Source of the DNA: Tubulanus polymorphus
Lineage: Eukaryota; Animalia; Nemertea
Reading direction: 5' to 3'
DNA length: 64,000 nt
Assembly: GCF_964204645.1 (NCBI RefSeq)
Contig: NC_134028.1
Location: 4,898,001-4,962,000 of the forward strand
Position numbers and translations under genes: made by a program
Notes under the pieces: generated by a model
Databases searched by the model: none
What the model saw: the letters and a program-made list of their open reading frames with translations, nothing else
Told to the model about the DNA's origin: nothing
Part shown: positions 29,501 through 40,082 of the stretch, in pieces
Layout: each line of letters opens with the position of its first letter
How positions within the stretch are numbered: position 1 is the first letter of the stretch

Positions 29501-32500
29501 TCACAATTTAATGGTGGGATGCGTGCATGCTAACGAGGTTTCGAAATTGTTGGGCGTTTCGGTTAAGGAATAGTAACAGTTGTCCGTAGTTGGTTCAAAA
29601 CCAGCGTTGAGTAAAATGGCCGCCACTTCGTCGTTGTACTGCTCCGTATATTGGACACCTGGATCTTCCTCATCATTTTTCGCTCGTTGTGTGCAAATCG
29701 TATAAATACTTCATCATTATTGTCGTTATTACCTCGTGTGATTGGTTCAGTATCAGACTATATTCGTGACCACTCCCGAACACCTCAAACACCCTCAAAC
29801 TAACCGAACACTTCAAACACCTGGTAATTGAGTAAATCATATCGTTCAATTTTCATCGTCGTGATATTGCGAACAGAACGATCAGCGTCGTCTGGTTCTA
29901 AGGTCAATGTCTGTCTGTCTACAAACTCAACATATACTTCAACTGGTTAATAATTCAATTTCTGTGACATGAAGCAAAGCCGTCGTCAGATAGAGATGTT
30001 TAACATCAGAAACAGGAGAGATTTGGAATATACCAATATTCCCTACAGATTTGACGCAACATCAGTAAGAGGTGTCCAGGGGGAAGACACGAGGAGACAT
30101 TCAGTAAGAGGTGTCGAGGAGGAAGAGGTGAGGAGACATTCAGTAAGAGGTGTCCAGGAGGAAGAGGTGAGGAGACATTCAGTAAGAGGTATCCAGGAGG
30201 AAGAGGTGAGGAGACATTCAGTAAGAGGTGTCGAGGAGGAAGAGGTGAGGAGACATTCAGTAAGAGGTGTCCAGGAGGAAGAGGTGAGGAGACATTCAGT
30301 AAGAGGTGTCCAGGAGGAAGACACGAGGAGACATTCAGTAAGAGGTGTCCAGGAGGAAGAGGTGAGGAGACATTCAGTAAGAGGTATCCAGGAGGAAGAG
30401 GTGAGGAGACATTCAGTAAGAGGTGTCCAGGAGGAAGACACGAGTAGACATTCAGTAAGAGGTGTCCAGGAGGAAGAGGTGAGGAGACATTCAGTAAGAG
30501 GTGTCCAGGAGGAAGACACGAGGAGACATTCAGTAAGAGGTGTCGAGGAGGAAGAGGTGAGGAGACATTCAGTAAGAGGTGTCCAGGAGGAAGAGGTGAG
30601 GAGACATTCAGTAAGAGGTATCCAGGAGGAAGAGGTGAGGAGACATTCAGTAAGAGGTGTCGAGGAGGAAGAGGTGAGGAGACATTCAGTAAGAGGTGTC
30701 CAGGAGGAAGAGGTGAGGAGACATTCAGTAAGAGGTGTCCAGGAGGAAGACACGAGGAGACATTCAGTAAGAGGTGTCCAGGAGGAAGAGGTGAGGAGAC
30801 ATTCAGTAAGAGGTATCCAGGAGGAAGAGGTGAGGAGACATTCAGTAAGAGGTGTCCAGGAGGAAGACACGAGTAGACATTCAGTAAGAGGTGTCCAGGA
30901 GGAAGAGGTGAGGAGACATTCAGTAAGAGGTGTCGAGGAGGAAGAGGTGAGGAGACATTCAGTAAGAGGTGTCGAGGAGGAAGAGGTGAGGAGACATTCA
31001 GTAAGAGGTGTCGAGGAGGAAGAGGTGAGGAGACATTCAGTAAGAGGTGTCGAGGAGGAAGAGGTGAGGAGACATTCAGTAAGAGGTGTCCAGGAGGAAG
31101 AGGTGAGGAGACATTCAGTAAGAGGTGTCGAGGAGGAAGAGGTGAGGAGACATTCAATAAGAGGTGTCCAGGAGGAAGAGGTGAGGAGACATTCAGTAAG
31201 AGGTGTCCAGGAGGAAGAGGTGAGGAGACATTCAGTAAGAGGTGTCGAGGAGGAAGAGGTGAGGAGACATTCAGTAAGAGGTGTCCAGGAGGAAGAGGTG
31301 AGGAGACATTCAGTAAGAGGTGTCGAGGAGGAAGAGGTGAGGAGACATTCAGTAAGAGGTGTCCAGGAGGAAGGCACGAGGAGACATTCCGTAAGAGGTG
31401 TCCAGGAGGAAGAGGTGAGGAGACATTCAGTAAGAGGTGTCCAGGAGGAAGAGGTGAGTAGACATTCAGTAAGAGGTGTCCAGGAGGAAGAGGTGAGGAG
31501 ACATTCAGTAAGAGGTGTCGAGGAGGAAGAGGTGAGGAGACATTCAGTAAGAGGTGTCCAGGAGGAAGGCACGAGGAGACATTCCGTAAGAGGTGTCCAG
31601 GAGGAAGAGGTGAGGAGACATTCAGTAAGAGGTGTCCAGGAGGAAGAGGTGAGGAGACATTTAGTAAGAGGTGTCCAGGAGGAAGAGGTGAGGAGACATT
31701 CAGTAAGAGGTGTCCAGGAGGAAGAGGTGAGGAGACATTCAGTAAGAGGTGTCCAGGAGGAAGAGGTGAGGAGACATTCAGTAAGAGGTGTCCAGGAGGA
31801 AGACACGAGGAGACATTCAGTAAGAGGTGTCGAGGAGGAAGAGGTGAGGAGACATTCAGTAAGAGGTGTCGAGGAGGAAGAGGTGAGGAGACATTCAGTA
31901 AGAGGTGTCCAGGAGGAAGACACGAGGAGACATTCAGTAAGAGGTGTCCAGGAGGAAGAGGTGAGGAGACATTCAGTAAGAGGTGTCGAGGAGGAAGAGG
32001 TGAGGAGACATTCAGTAAGAGGTGGCGAGGAGGAAGAGGTGAGGAGACATTCAGTAAGAGGTGTCCAGGAGGAAGGCACGAGGAGACATTCCGTAAGAGG
32101 TGTCCAGGAGGAAGAGGTGAGGAGACATTCAGTAAGAGGTGTCCAGGAGGAAGAGGTGAGGAGACATTCAGTAAGAGGTGTCCAGGAGGAAGAGGTGAGG
32201 AGACATTTAGTAAGAGGTGTCCAGGAGGAAGAGGTGAGGAGACATTCAGTAAGAGGTGTCCAGGAGGAAGAGGTGAGGAGACATTCAGTAAGAGGTATCC
32301 AGGAGGAAGAGGTGAGGAGACATTCAGTAAGAGGTGTCCAGGAGGAAGAGATGAGGAGACATTCAGTAAGAGGTGTCCAGGAGGAAGACACGAAGAGGCA
32401 TTCAGGAGGAGATCTATGTGTCCAGGAAGAGGTACCTGGGAGGAAGTGTCCAGCAGTGCAACCGATTTTCTGCTCATTGAATTATTGATATAAATTGAGA

Positions 32501-35500
32501 TTGAAGATCTAAACACGTACAGTACTGAGAACAGTACTGAGTACAGTACCGAGTACAGTACCGAGTACAGTACCGAGTACAGTACTGAGTACAGTACTGA
32601 GTACAGTACCGAGTACAGTACTGAGTACAGTACCGAGAAGAGTAAGAGGAAATTACAAACCGAATGTCACACATTACTGTTATATTTACTCGATCTCTAC
32701 TCGAGAGAGACAACATGTTATTAGATATTGATAAAGCCATTAAAACGATCTCTGTTTATGACGGGAGAAAAAAACATTAATCGCTGCGGAAATTCATTTG
32801 AGCCCTAACATTCTCTCATGACGTTCGTATTTGACATTTACGTCTGATAAAACTGTGTTTACCGTGTAACAATCCTAACAGGAATTCCCTCTACGAACTT
32901 CACCATTGTTCTACTTCATTAATTTATACGGACTCCTTGTATACGGAGACTGTTTGTTCTAGATATTTTATACTGGATCCCAATAATTGCTTTCTTTCAC
33001 CTCATCAAACGTGTCTCGAAATATAGCAGTAAATCTGAATGACTGATTTATTTGAAGTGATGCTAAAGATGTCGACCGAATGTAGCGCTATTGACTGATT
33101 ATGTTGACCAGCGACTGACTTTCTATCTCTTTCTCAATCGACTTTCAGACTAACCACTGACAAATAAGGCCCTTAATCAACTTATTGACGACGATGACCT
33201 ATCTAACATACCCGATACAAGGATTCTCGAAGGATTCGCAGAATAGAAGTCTCATTATTCGAATTCATTCTAGTGGTTTCTGCCGAACCGGTTGTTCCGG
33301 CCGGGGTATTGGCAATATCATCTTGAATTCAGAATATCAGTACTTCCTCTGTTTCTTACGTCGACTGAATAACATAGGAGACCTCACTCAAAAATGTTTA
33401 GAAATGAACTTATTTTGACTCAAGGTTTGACTCACAGTAGTACTGGGTCGGTCAAGAACACAGTTCGGTAGTTCTCAATTAAATTTTAAAGCTGAGATTA
33501 GTTTGTTTCAATGTTTTAACGCTAGAATTGAAATCTTTTAAGAGAACTAGCTCTAGAATGTGTCTACGAGATGAAGATCAGTTGTTGGCAGCAAATACCG
33601 GTACATATATACAATCAGAAAAATGAATCACGTCTTCTGTGTATGAAAATAGATGATATTTTTATGAGTAGATACCCAGCAATGGAAGGACAGGTGACAA
33701 TGATAAATACGTGATAAGCATAGCCAGCAGCATTCTATCTGATACTGATGGAATTTATAATGGAACGAAGATTACGTATTTGTTTCTCATCACGAGAAAT
33801 AAATACGACATGACAAGTGTATTTACTGAAAATATTCAAATGTCGTATACGGTTACCGCATATCAGTGGAGAGAGAGAGACTGTGTGTGGACTCGTTTGT
33901 GAGGAAGGGCGCGATTTATGCAAACATTTCTTGATGAAGACACGTTTTACGGCAGTAGTTCTTTTACAGTTTCATATAGTCATTAATCTGTGACAAAAAT
34001 GGATGCGTACGACGTCCGGGAAGTGGATCAAGGAGAAAATTATGCCGTAAATGGCAGGAGTTTGAAAGTGAAATTTCACCCTATCGTTCCTGTAACCCTT
34101 AAACCAACACGACTCATCTCATTAAATCTTTAGAACATCCGCGAAACATTCAACACTTTAATCCTCGGAATTAGCTTTAATTTCAAGATCTGGTAAATTG
34201 ATTCTGAAATAAGCTGATGTAAGATGTTCGCTCCTTGCGACTGAGTCTCGAGGTCCCCGGAGCTGGCTCATTTTCTCATCATGTCTTACGTCTGTCGTGC
34301 GTTTGGGATTAATTTTGAATAATGTTCTCATGTACGTTATATTATTTTTTCAGTGCTCATTTATTCCGAGGTTCCATATACATATAGAAACTAGATATGA
34401 AGACAATAATGGCTCATCAGAGAATGTACGTAGCACCTCACTTTAATCATATACAATATCATATTGCTTGACTCTGATGGTAAAAGAAGTATCTATACAT
34501 GTATATGCACCAGTGAGAGCAAGAAAGAGTTAGAGAGGGAGGGAGTGAGGGATGAAAAACTAAGAGCTCTTTTCAATTATTCACCAGCTGTTCAAACTCC
34601 AGAGGTTATGCAACAGTCTTTATCTTAAAATTGGAATGAACTCTTGATAAACGAAAAACTTTAAATAAATGCCAAATTGCCATGCCAGTTTTCAAAGCAT
34701 ACCTGAATCACATTTTACTGTGGATTGTTCTGTTTTTTTTTTCCAGAGACGCAAACATTTCTCCGTACTGTTGATCGTTTAAGTTGTTATGATTATTGCT
34801 CTGTTTCTCTGCAGTGTTTAACATTGACGGAAGAAGATTTAGAACAAAGAGAAGTTTTATCATTAGATATAGCGTACGATGATATACCTCCTAAACATTA
34901 TAAAGAAGAAGAGGTAAAATACATTGAACAACCTGCAGATACAACTCACAATCCCATTCCTCAGTTTCCAGTATTTTAACTGTTAAGTTGAATTTCAACT
35001 AAGATTGTGGATCTGTGTCCTGATTATTTACTGACCATTGAGCCAATATTTTCACTGATTCATTTTCGATGTGTCTTTCATTTTTTTCTTGCAGGATTGC
35101 AAAACTTTCAGGTCAGAAAAAACGGGTCGTGGTCCACTGCCACCGGGATGGAGGGTAAGTGAATAGTTAACCATTTCAGTGCTGACTAATTAATACCCTA
35201 TAGTGCTGGAGATAATTTGAAAATTTTTAAAAATTCCACCCTAGTGTGTTGAATAATGGGAATACCACCATAGTGCGTCTACACCGCGGCGCGGTTAGAT
35301 TGTTATCTATTACCACATGCACCAAGCTTTGAGTATATGTGATATAACTGTTCATGAATCTGATATTTTTCCCAGGATTTTCAGAAGCCGATAATGTGTT
35401 CATATAAAGCAGTGAAAGTTAAATTTGAGGTGTGGGGTTTACAAACAAAAGTAGAAGAATTTACGCATCGAGCAATACGTGATATATTACTGGTTGGTCA

Positions 35501-36185
35501 TAGGCAGGCTTTCGCTTGGATAGATGAGTGGTTTGGTGAGTTTAACTGGCCTCAACCGTGCTCATACTCAGTTCCACAGTTGTGAGAATGATTTAACTCC
35601 CGACAAAGTTAGTTCATATTCAATAACTTTGCCCCTAGCCGCCTCAGTAGCTCATTGGGATAAGGAGTGATGCTATTGCATTTACTATCAGTGCTGCTGA
35701 GTGACAAGCAGGTTCAAGTCTTGCTGGCTGCTTACAGTGTGCGGGCAACGCTTCAAAGGCTGTGGATCCGTCATGAGCCAATAGTATTGCGAAACCAAGA
35801 CCTGAACTACACAAAGCAAGATAAACAAACAAAAATAAAAAACTCAAAGCTGTTGAACTGTGTCCAGAGCATTAAGTATTCAACCCTTTACAATTTGGTC
35901 CCTAATTATTTTGACTCAATTTGAAAACAAACATTTTAAAAGAAAATGTTTATACCAAATGTAACACTTGTTTAAGACCTTTTCTCCTAGCTCAACTATC
36001 AACTGATTGCATTTTCTTTGTTTTTGAACGCAATTTCAGGAATGACGATAGGAGATATACGCGACTATGAAAATCAAATGCACACGGAAACAAACAAAAA
36101 AGTGTTACGACAGAATTCAAATATTAGTTCATCCGGATCACCAGAGAGGCCGCCACCGGATGAGGCAGCATTTGAAGCGCAATAA
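17803..36185 (+). CDS. PITPNC1: Cytoplasmic phosphatidylinositol transfer protein 1 (RdgB-beta)
   Basis: Exons 17803-17850 (MLLKEYRICMPLSVEE), 18286-18434 (YRIGQLYMIAKHS...GEGVEVVKNEP), 18513-18601 (EKAWNFYPYTIT), microexon 18722-18729, 34354-34425 (CSFIPRFHIHIETRYEDNNG), 34815-34913, 35095-35154 (FRSEKTGRGPL), 35376-35535 (MCSYKAVKVKFEVWGLQTKVE...HRQAFAWIDEW), 36040-36185. Phases are consistent throughout. Confidence 0.95.
18722..18729 (+). other. PITPNC1: 8-nt microexon of PITPNC1 (AATATACA, completes E-Y-T)
   Basis: tttctacag|AATATACA|gtaagt. It is needed to join the phase-1 exon 3 end to the phase-0 exon at 34354 and restores YPYTITEYTCSF. Confidence 0.9.
18755..18925 (+). repeat. Polypyrimidine (CT-rich) low-complexity tract
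   Basis: Almost pure C/T run just downstream of the microexon; similar tracts at ~22680-22730 and ~28515-28750. Confidence 0.9.
21750..21960 (+). repeat. Degenerate minisatellite (CATGG...CCTAGGGTTGGCCTGGT units)
   Basis: CCTAGGGTTGGCCTGGT occurs at ~21758 and ~21851, with intervening diverged copies. Confidence 0.7.
26539..26563. repeat. (TA)n microsatellite
   Basis: Direct reading. Confidence 0.9.
27281..27530 (+). repeat. GTGGACAGACAGACAGTGGT(A/G)TCCAC minisatellite
   Basis: About 5 imperfect copies with internal (GACA)n. Confidence 0.85.
30060..32430 (+). repeat. 39-bp purine-rich minisatellite, ~60 copies (CATTCAGTAAGAGGTGTCCAGGAGGAAGAGGTGAGGAGA), inside the PITPNC1 long intron
   Basis: Direct reading. 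It yields 13-aa repeat ORFs in three frames (839 aa on +, 836 and 782 aa on -). Confidence 0.98.
32517..32640 (+). repeat. 12-bp tandem repeat GTACAGTAC(T/C)GA, ~10 copies
   Basis: Direct reading; translates as YCT(R/Q) repeats on the minus strand. Confidence 0.92.
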
Positions 36186-36377
36186 TTCTTATTATAACTG
36201 AATCAAACCTGACATGCATCTTAGGAAGGTTTTGATTGGTCTTAACTGATTCCAAAATTTTCTTCGCGTGGTGCATTCCTTTCGATTAGAATACACTCTA
36301 CATATTCTGAAACAGCATAATCTATTAATTTCATAGAGAGTTGTAATCCGGAATATGTTAAATCAAACCTGCCTTAG

Positions 36378-36535
36378 TCTGTCTCTTAAAGTGAAAATCA
36401 TTTCTGTCTCTTCAAAGTGAAAATCATTTTTTTGTCTCTTCAAAGTGAAAATCATATCTGTCTCTTAAAAATTTGAAATTATTTCTGTCTCTCAAAGCGA
36501 TAATAATTTCTGTCTCCTTAAGTAAAAATAATTTC
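36378..36535 (+). repeat. ~26-bp tandem repeat (TCTGTCTCTTAAAGTGAAAATCATT) in the PITPNC1 3' UTR
   Basis: About 6 imperfect copies. Confidence 0.85.
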
Positions 36536-38447
36536 ATATTTAAACTGGCTTTAACAACTTGTGTTCATAGGTACAAATGTTTTGCAGAAAACATCATTAG
36601 TGCCACTTGTACAGGAACGTGCTAGTCGACAATCTTGCCAACCAGAGGACATTTAGAAGTTTTTTGATAGTTCACATATTTGGATTCAGTGATGATTCCC
36701 GATATCGACGTCTGCTCTGTGAGCCTTTAACTACCACATGTTATTAACTAGCGACAATTAAACGAACCAAGCATTTGACTAAAATTAGAAGTTACTGCCA
36801 GTTTAATATTCACAGTTCTAGTTTCGGAACTCTATAAAGATCTAAATATTACCGATAGCTTTCTATTGAGGTAGTTACGAAGATTCCTCTGTTTGAACAT
36901 TCCACAATCTATTTGAATTAGTTGAATTTATCTATTCATTTAGGGTACAATTATTAAGATAGATGTTTGTCCATCAAAATGTTGTTGTTGTTATCATAAT
37001 TATTATTGTAAATTAAACATGAATGATATTAATAATCATGATTATTATATTATTTATTCTTAGGCTTTAAACATAAAAATAATCGATTGTTATAAGATTT
37101 ATAAGTAATTGTTATCATTATATAGCGTGTGTATAGTCAAGTCAATCTTGGTGTTTTTTCAAGATATATTTTAGGATAGAACCCGAATTAGGGAGCTTTC
37201 TTTTATCTTTTTGAAGTGTTCCATTTGATTTTAGAATGTATCAAAGTGGATTCTAAGTGCAAATTTTAATGATTTTATTGAATTGTTTAAATTTCATGTA
37301 GATTGAAGCTTATTTCTGTAGGGTACATCATGTATGTACACTTCCTGGGTATGGGTATCGGTTCAGAAAATCAGAGGTGTTTCCAGATCAACAGCTTGTC
37401 AGGCCTGGTTTCATAGTTTGTTTAAATCTTAGACCCCTTGGGCCCATTCCATAGTCATAGCTTAATCACAACACCAGTCTGAGATCAACTTTATAGAAGC
37501 CAATCTTACAACCTAAGATCGGAGACCACTTTTGGACTTATTACGTCTTAGCTATAGAACTGTGGTCCCTGTTTTATAATTTCCGAAATTGATATGAATG
37601 AGATTTATTCTTGAGTAGCTTCATTCTTTTTAGGATATGTGTCATTTATGTATAATATATTGATAGTTTCCCTGTGTCTAACCACTGTTGAGGATGTACC
37701 CCTACTGGATGATGCATCCAAAGGTTGAGGATTTATTTGAAAACAGGCTTGTCTCCATTAGATCGATGTTTATCTAACATTCTCTATATTTCATGTATGT
37801 GAAATGTGTAAATTGAATAAGAAGATCGTGTAATTTTGTAAAGACTTTTACAGAGAATAAAATGTAAGATCGATGACTCCGTAAAATCTATTTTAGTCAG
37901 CTTTTTATTTTCGTTCGTGAGTCCTTGTGAGTCTGCACCGAAAACACGTCAGATATCTGGTCAGTTTCTAATCAATCACTAATTATGAATTCCGATGCGA
38001 TCGCCATCCATTTATTGGAATTTCATCGATCTGATGCTTGATCGAGGAAAATTCTAATAGACGGCGATTTAATGAAGTTCATAAGCCTTACCAACAATCA
38101 ATTCAGGAAAAGTTCCAATAGATGGCGATTTATTCTGTCCCGGGTTCAAACCCGCGGTCTATTGACACCGATTCTGAGCATTAGATAGGGGAAGAATAAA
38201 ACTGCCACAGGTTCGAACCCGATCTATTTTCATAGAATCAGTGTCGTGACAAACACTAAACTTAATGTGAATTTTCGATGTTAGAAAACGATTTATTGTA
38301 ATCTTAAAGTTTGAATACGTTCACCTATGTACACGTGCTGCATTTGAATTGTTTGCTTCAAACTGCGATAGCCGTAGTCAGAAACCTGACTGTGGTTTAG
38401 TTTCACGATCGGATATTTTCACAAACCACATAATATAAGCCCATCCG

Positions 38448-38460
38448 TATATATAAAAAG
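38448..38460 (+). promoter_or_regulatory. Candidate TATA box of the GPCR gene
   Basis: TATATATAAAAAG ~215 bp upstream of the GPCR ATG. Confidence 0.45.
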
Positions 38461-38670
38461 CTTACCACCAACGATTAGGGAACTAACTACGATAGCCGTG
38501 GATCCCGCAACGAGGCAGAGACAGAGAGGAAATTATATATATCATTCACAGCAAGAAACCGATGATTTTGTTTCAGAACCAAATGAAATTTATTTAGGAA
38601 GACGTTATCGCATCAATTTGAGTATTAGCTTTAATAGATACAGGAGACGCATGTATCGCATTGGAGAACA

Positions 38671-39696
38671 ATGAAAGCGAATGAAACAGATCCTGTGCCG
38701 ATTTGTTGCGGTAAATTCTGTGACGGTTCAGATACGATCTTATCTTACGGTACGATAATGACATTAACGCGTGGGATGCTTTATTCAATCGGTGTCATCT
38801 CTAATTGTCTCGCATTCATTGTTCTTCGATTGATGAAACTAAAAGGTAGCAGTATTCTATATCTGGAGATGCTCTCTGTAGCTGACACTGTAAACTGTTT
38901 AACCGGTTTGTTCGGACGCGAGCTGATGGTCGCTTCGAGCTCGTTGGAATTTATTCGTTATAATCACATTTACCAAGAGTATTACCGTCATATCTATATT
39001 TACGTAGACACTATCTTCCAGATGACCACGACCACCAGTCCGTGGCTACTGTTCGCTACAAGTTTAGACCGCTACGTAGCTATCAGATTCCCTCTGTCTG
39101 CTAGGAATGTTTGCACGATTCAAAATGCATTTCGTATTTCCGTTGCGACTTGGATTCTAACTTTTCTTTTCGATGTGCCGACAATTTGGGATCTGGAAAC
39201 GTTCGTAAAAATGCCCAATCATTCATGTAGTTATATTTCCAAAAGGAAACTCCTGCTTCAGAATAAACAATATGCAATTTATTACGATTTTGTGTTCGGT
39301 AAAGTTGTGTTGAAGTTTATTCCGGGTTTGATTGTGTTTGGCTGTAATATACACATGATGATGTTGGTTCGTGTGGCAGCTCGTCTGCGACACAAACTTC
39401 AACAAATCGATGTCAAAGATGAAGATTCGACAAATAGCAAACAAGGAAGACAAATAACTTTGACAATATTAGCTTTAAATATTACATTTATGGTTGAATA
39501 CGGGATGGCTTTGATAAATACAATTTTACCGGCGATTCTACCCGAGGGAGTAGAATATCGATCGTATCATTCGGGTCAATTGTTACACGCTATCAATTCT
39601 ATGATTAATTTATTCGTTTATTTAGGAATTCGAAAAGGTTTTGGAGAAACTCTAGTTTGGCTTTTGAGTTGTCATCGTTTAGGAAAGCGAGCGTAA
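38671..39696 (+). CDS. Intronless class A (rhodopsin-like) GPCR, FMRFamide/sex-peptide-receptor-like orphan
   Basis: 341-aa ORF with 7 hydrophobic segments: TM1 GVISNCLAF, TM2 LSVAD, TM3 SLDRYVAIRFPL, TM4 W...P, TM5 FIPGLIVFGCN, TM7 NSMINLFVY, helix 8 RKGF. Confidence 0.9.
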   Translation: MKANETDPVPICCGKFCDGSDTILSYGTIMTLTRGMLYSIGVISNCLAFIVLRLMKLKGSSILYLEMLSVADTVNCLTGLFGRELMVASSSLEFIRYNHIYQEYYRHIYIYVDTIFQMTTTTSPWLLFATSLDRYVAIRFPLSARNVCTIQNAFRISVATWILTFLFDVPTIWDLETFVKMPNHSCSYISKRKLLLQNKQYAIYYDFVFGKVVLKFIPGLIVFGCNIHMMMLVRVAARLRHKLQQIDVKDEDSTNSKQGRQITLTILALNITFMVEYGMALINTILPAILPEGVEYRSYHSGQLLHAINSMINLFVYLGIRKGFGETLVWLLSCHRLGKRA

Positions 39697-40082
39697 CAGA
39701 TAGACGATGAGCTGATGAAAGGGAGGGCCGCGGAGGTCACAATTACAAAAGTCCATTAAAAGAACTTATTTGGGAGTAGGGTCATCAAACCTGAGACACT
39801 CTTGGTCCCACTTTTCAGCATCTAGAGACCACTCTTCTGAATAGGCGTCAATATAACCGCCGGATTCAAACCCGGGACATCTCTATTTATCCCCACGTAC
39901 AGCAACTTAAGGACATTAATTATATATTCCAATAGATGGCGCTTGTAAAATTTGGTTCATAGCAAATCTTGTAATCGTCAATTTCCAGAAATTTGATAGT
40001 TCAGCTATATTCAAATAGATGGCGAACATATCGTTACGAGACTCGGATCACCTCAGTATCAGAAAATCAGGTTCGAAACTTT

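Noticed and set aside
30060-32430. CRISPR-like regular array
   Set aside because: Units are contiguous with no unique spacers, the context is a eukaryotic intron, and there are no cas genes.
30006-32516. 836-aa and 782-aa minus-strand ORFs
   Set aside because: By-products of a stop-free 39-bp repeat; no domain, and antisense to PITPNC1.
38140-38245. tRNA genes suggested by GGTTCRAACCC (also 39862 and 63623)
   Set aside because: No cloverleaf or acceptor stem can be built; treated as isolated B-boxes or SINE remnants.
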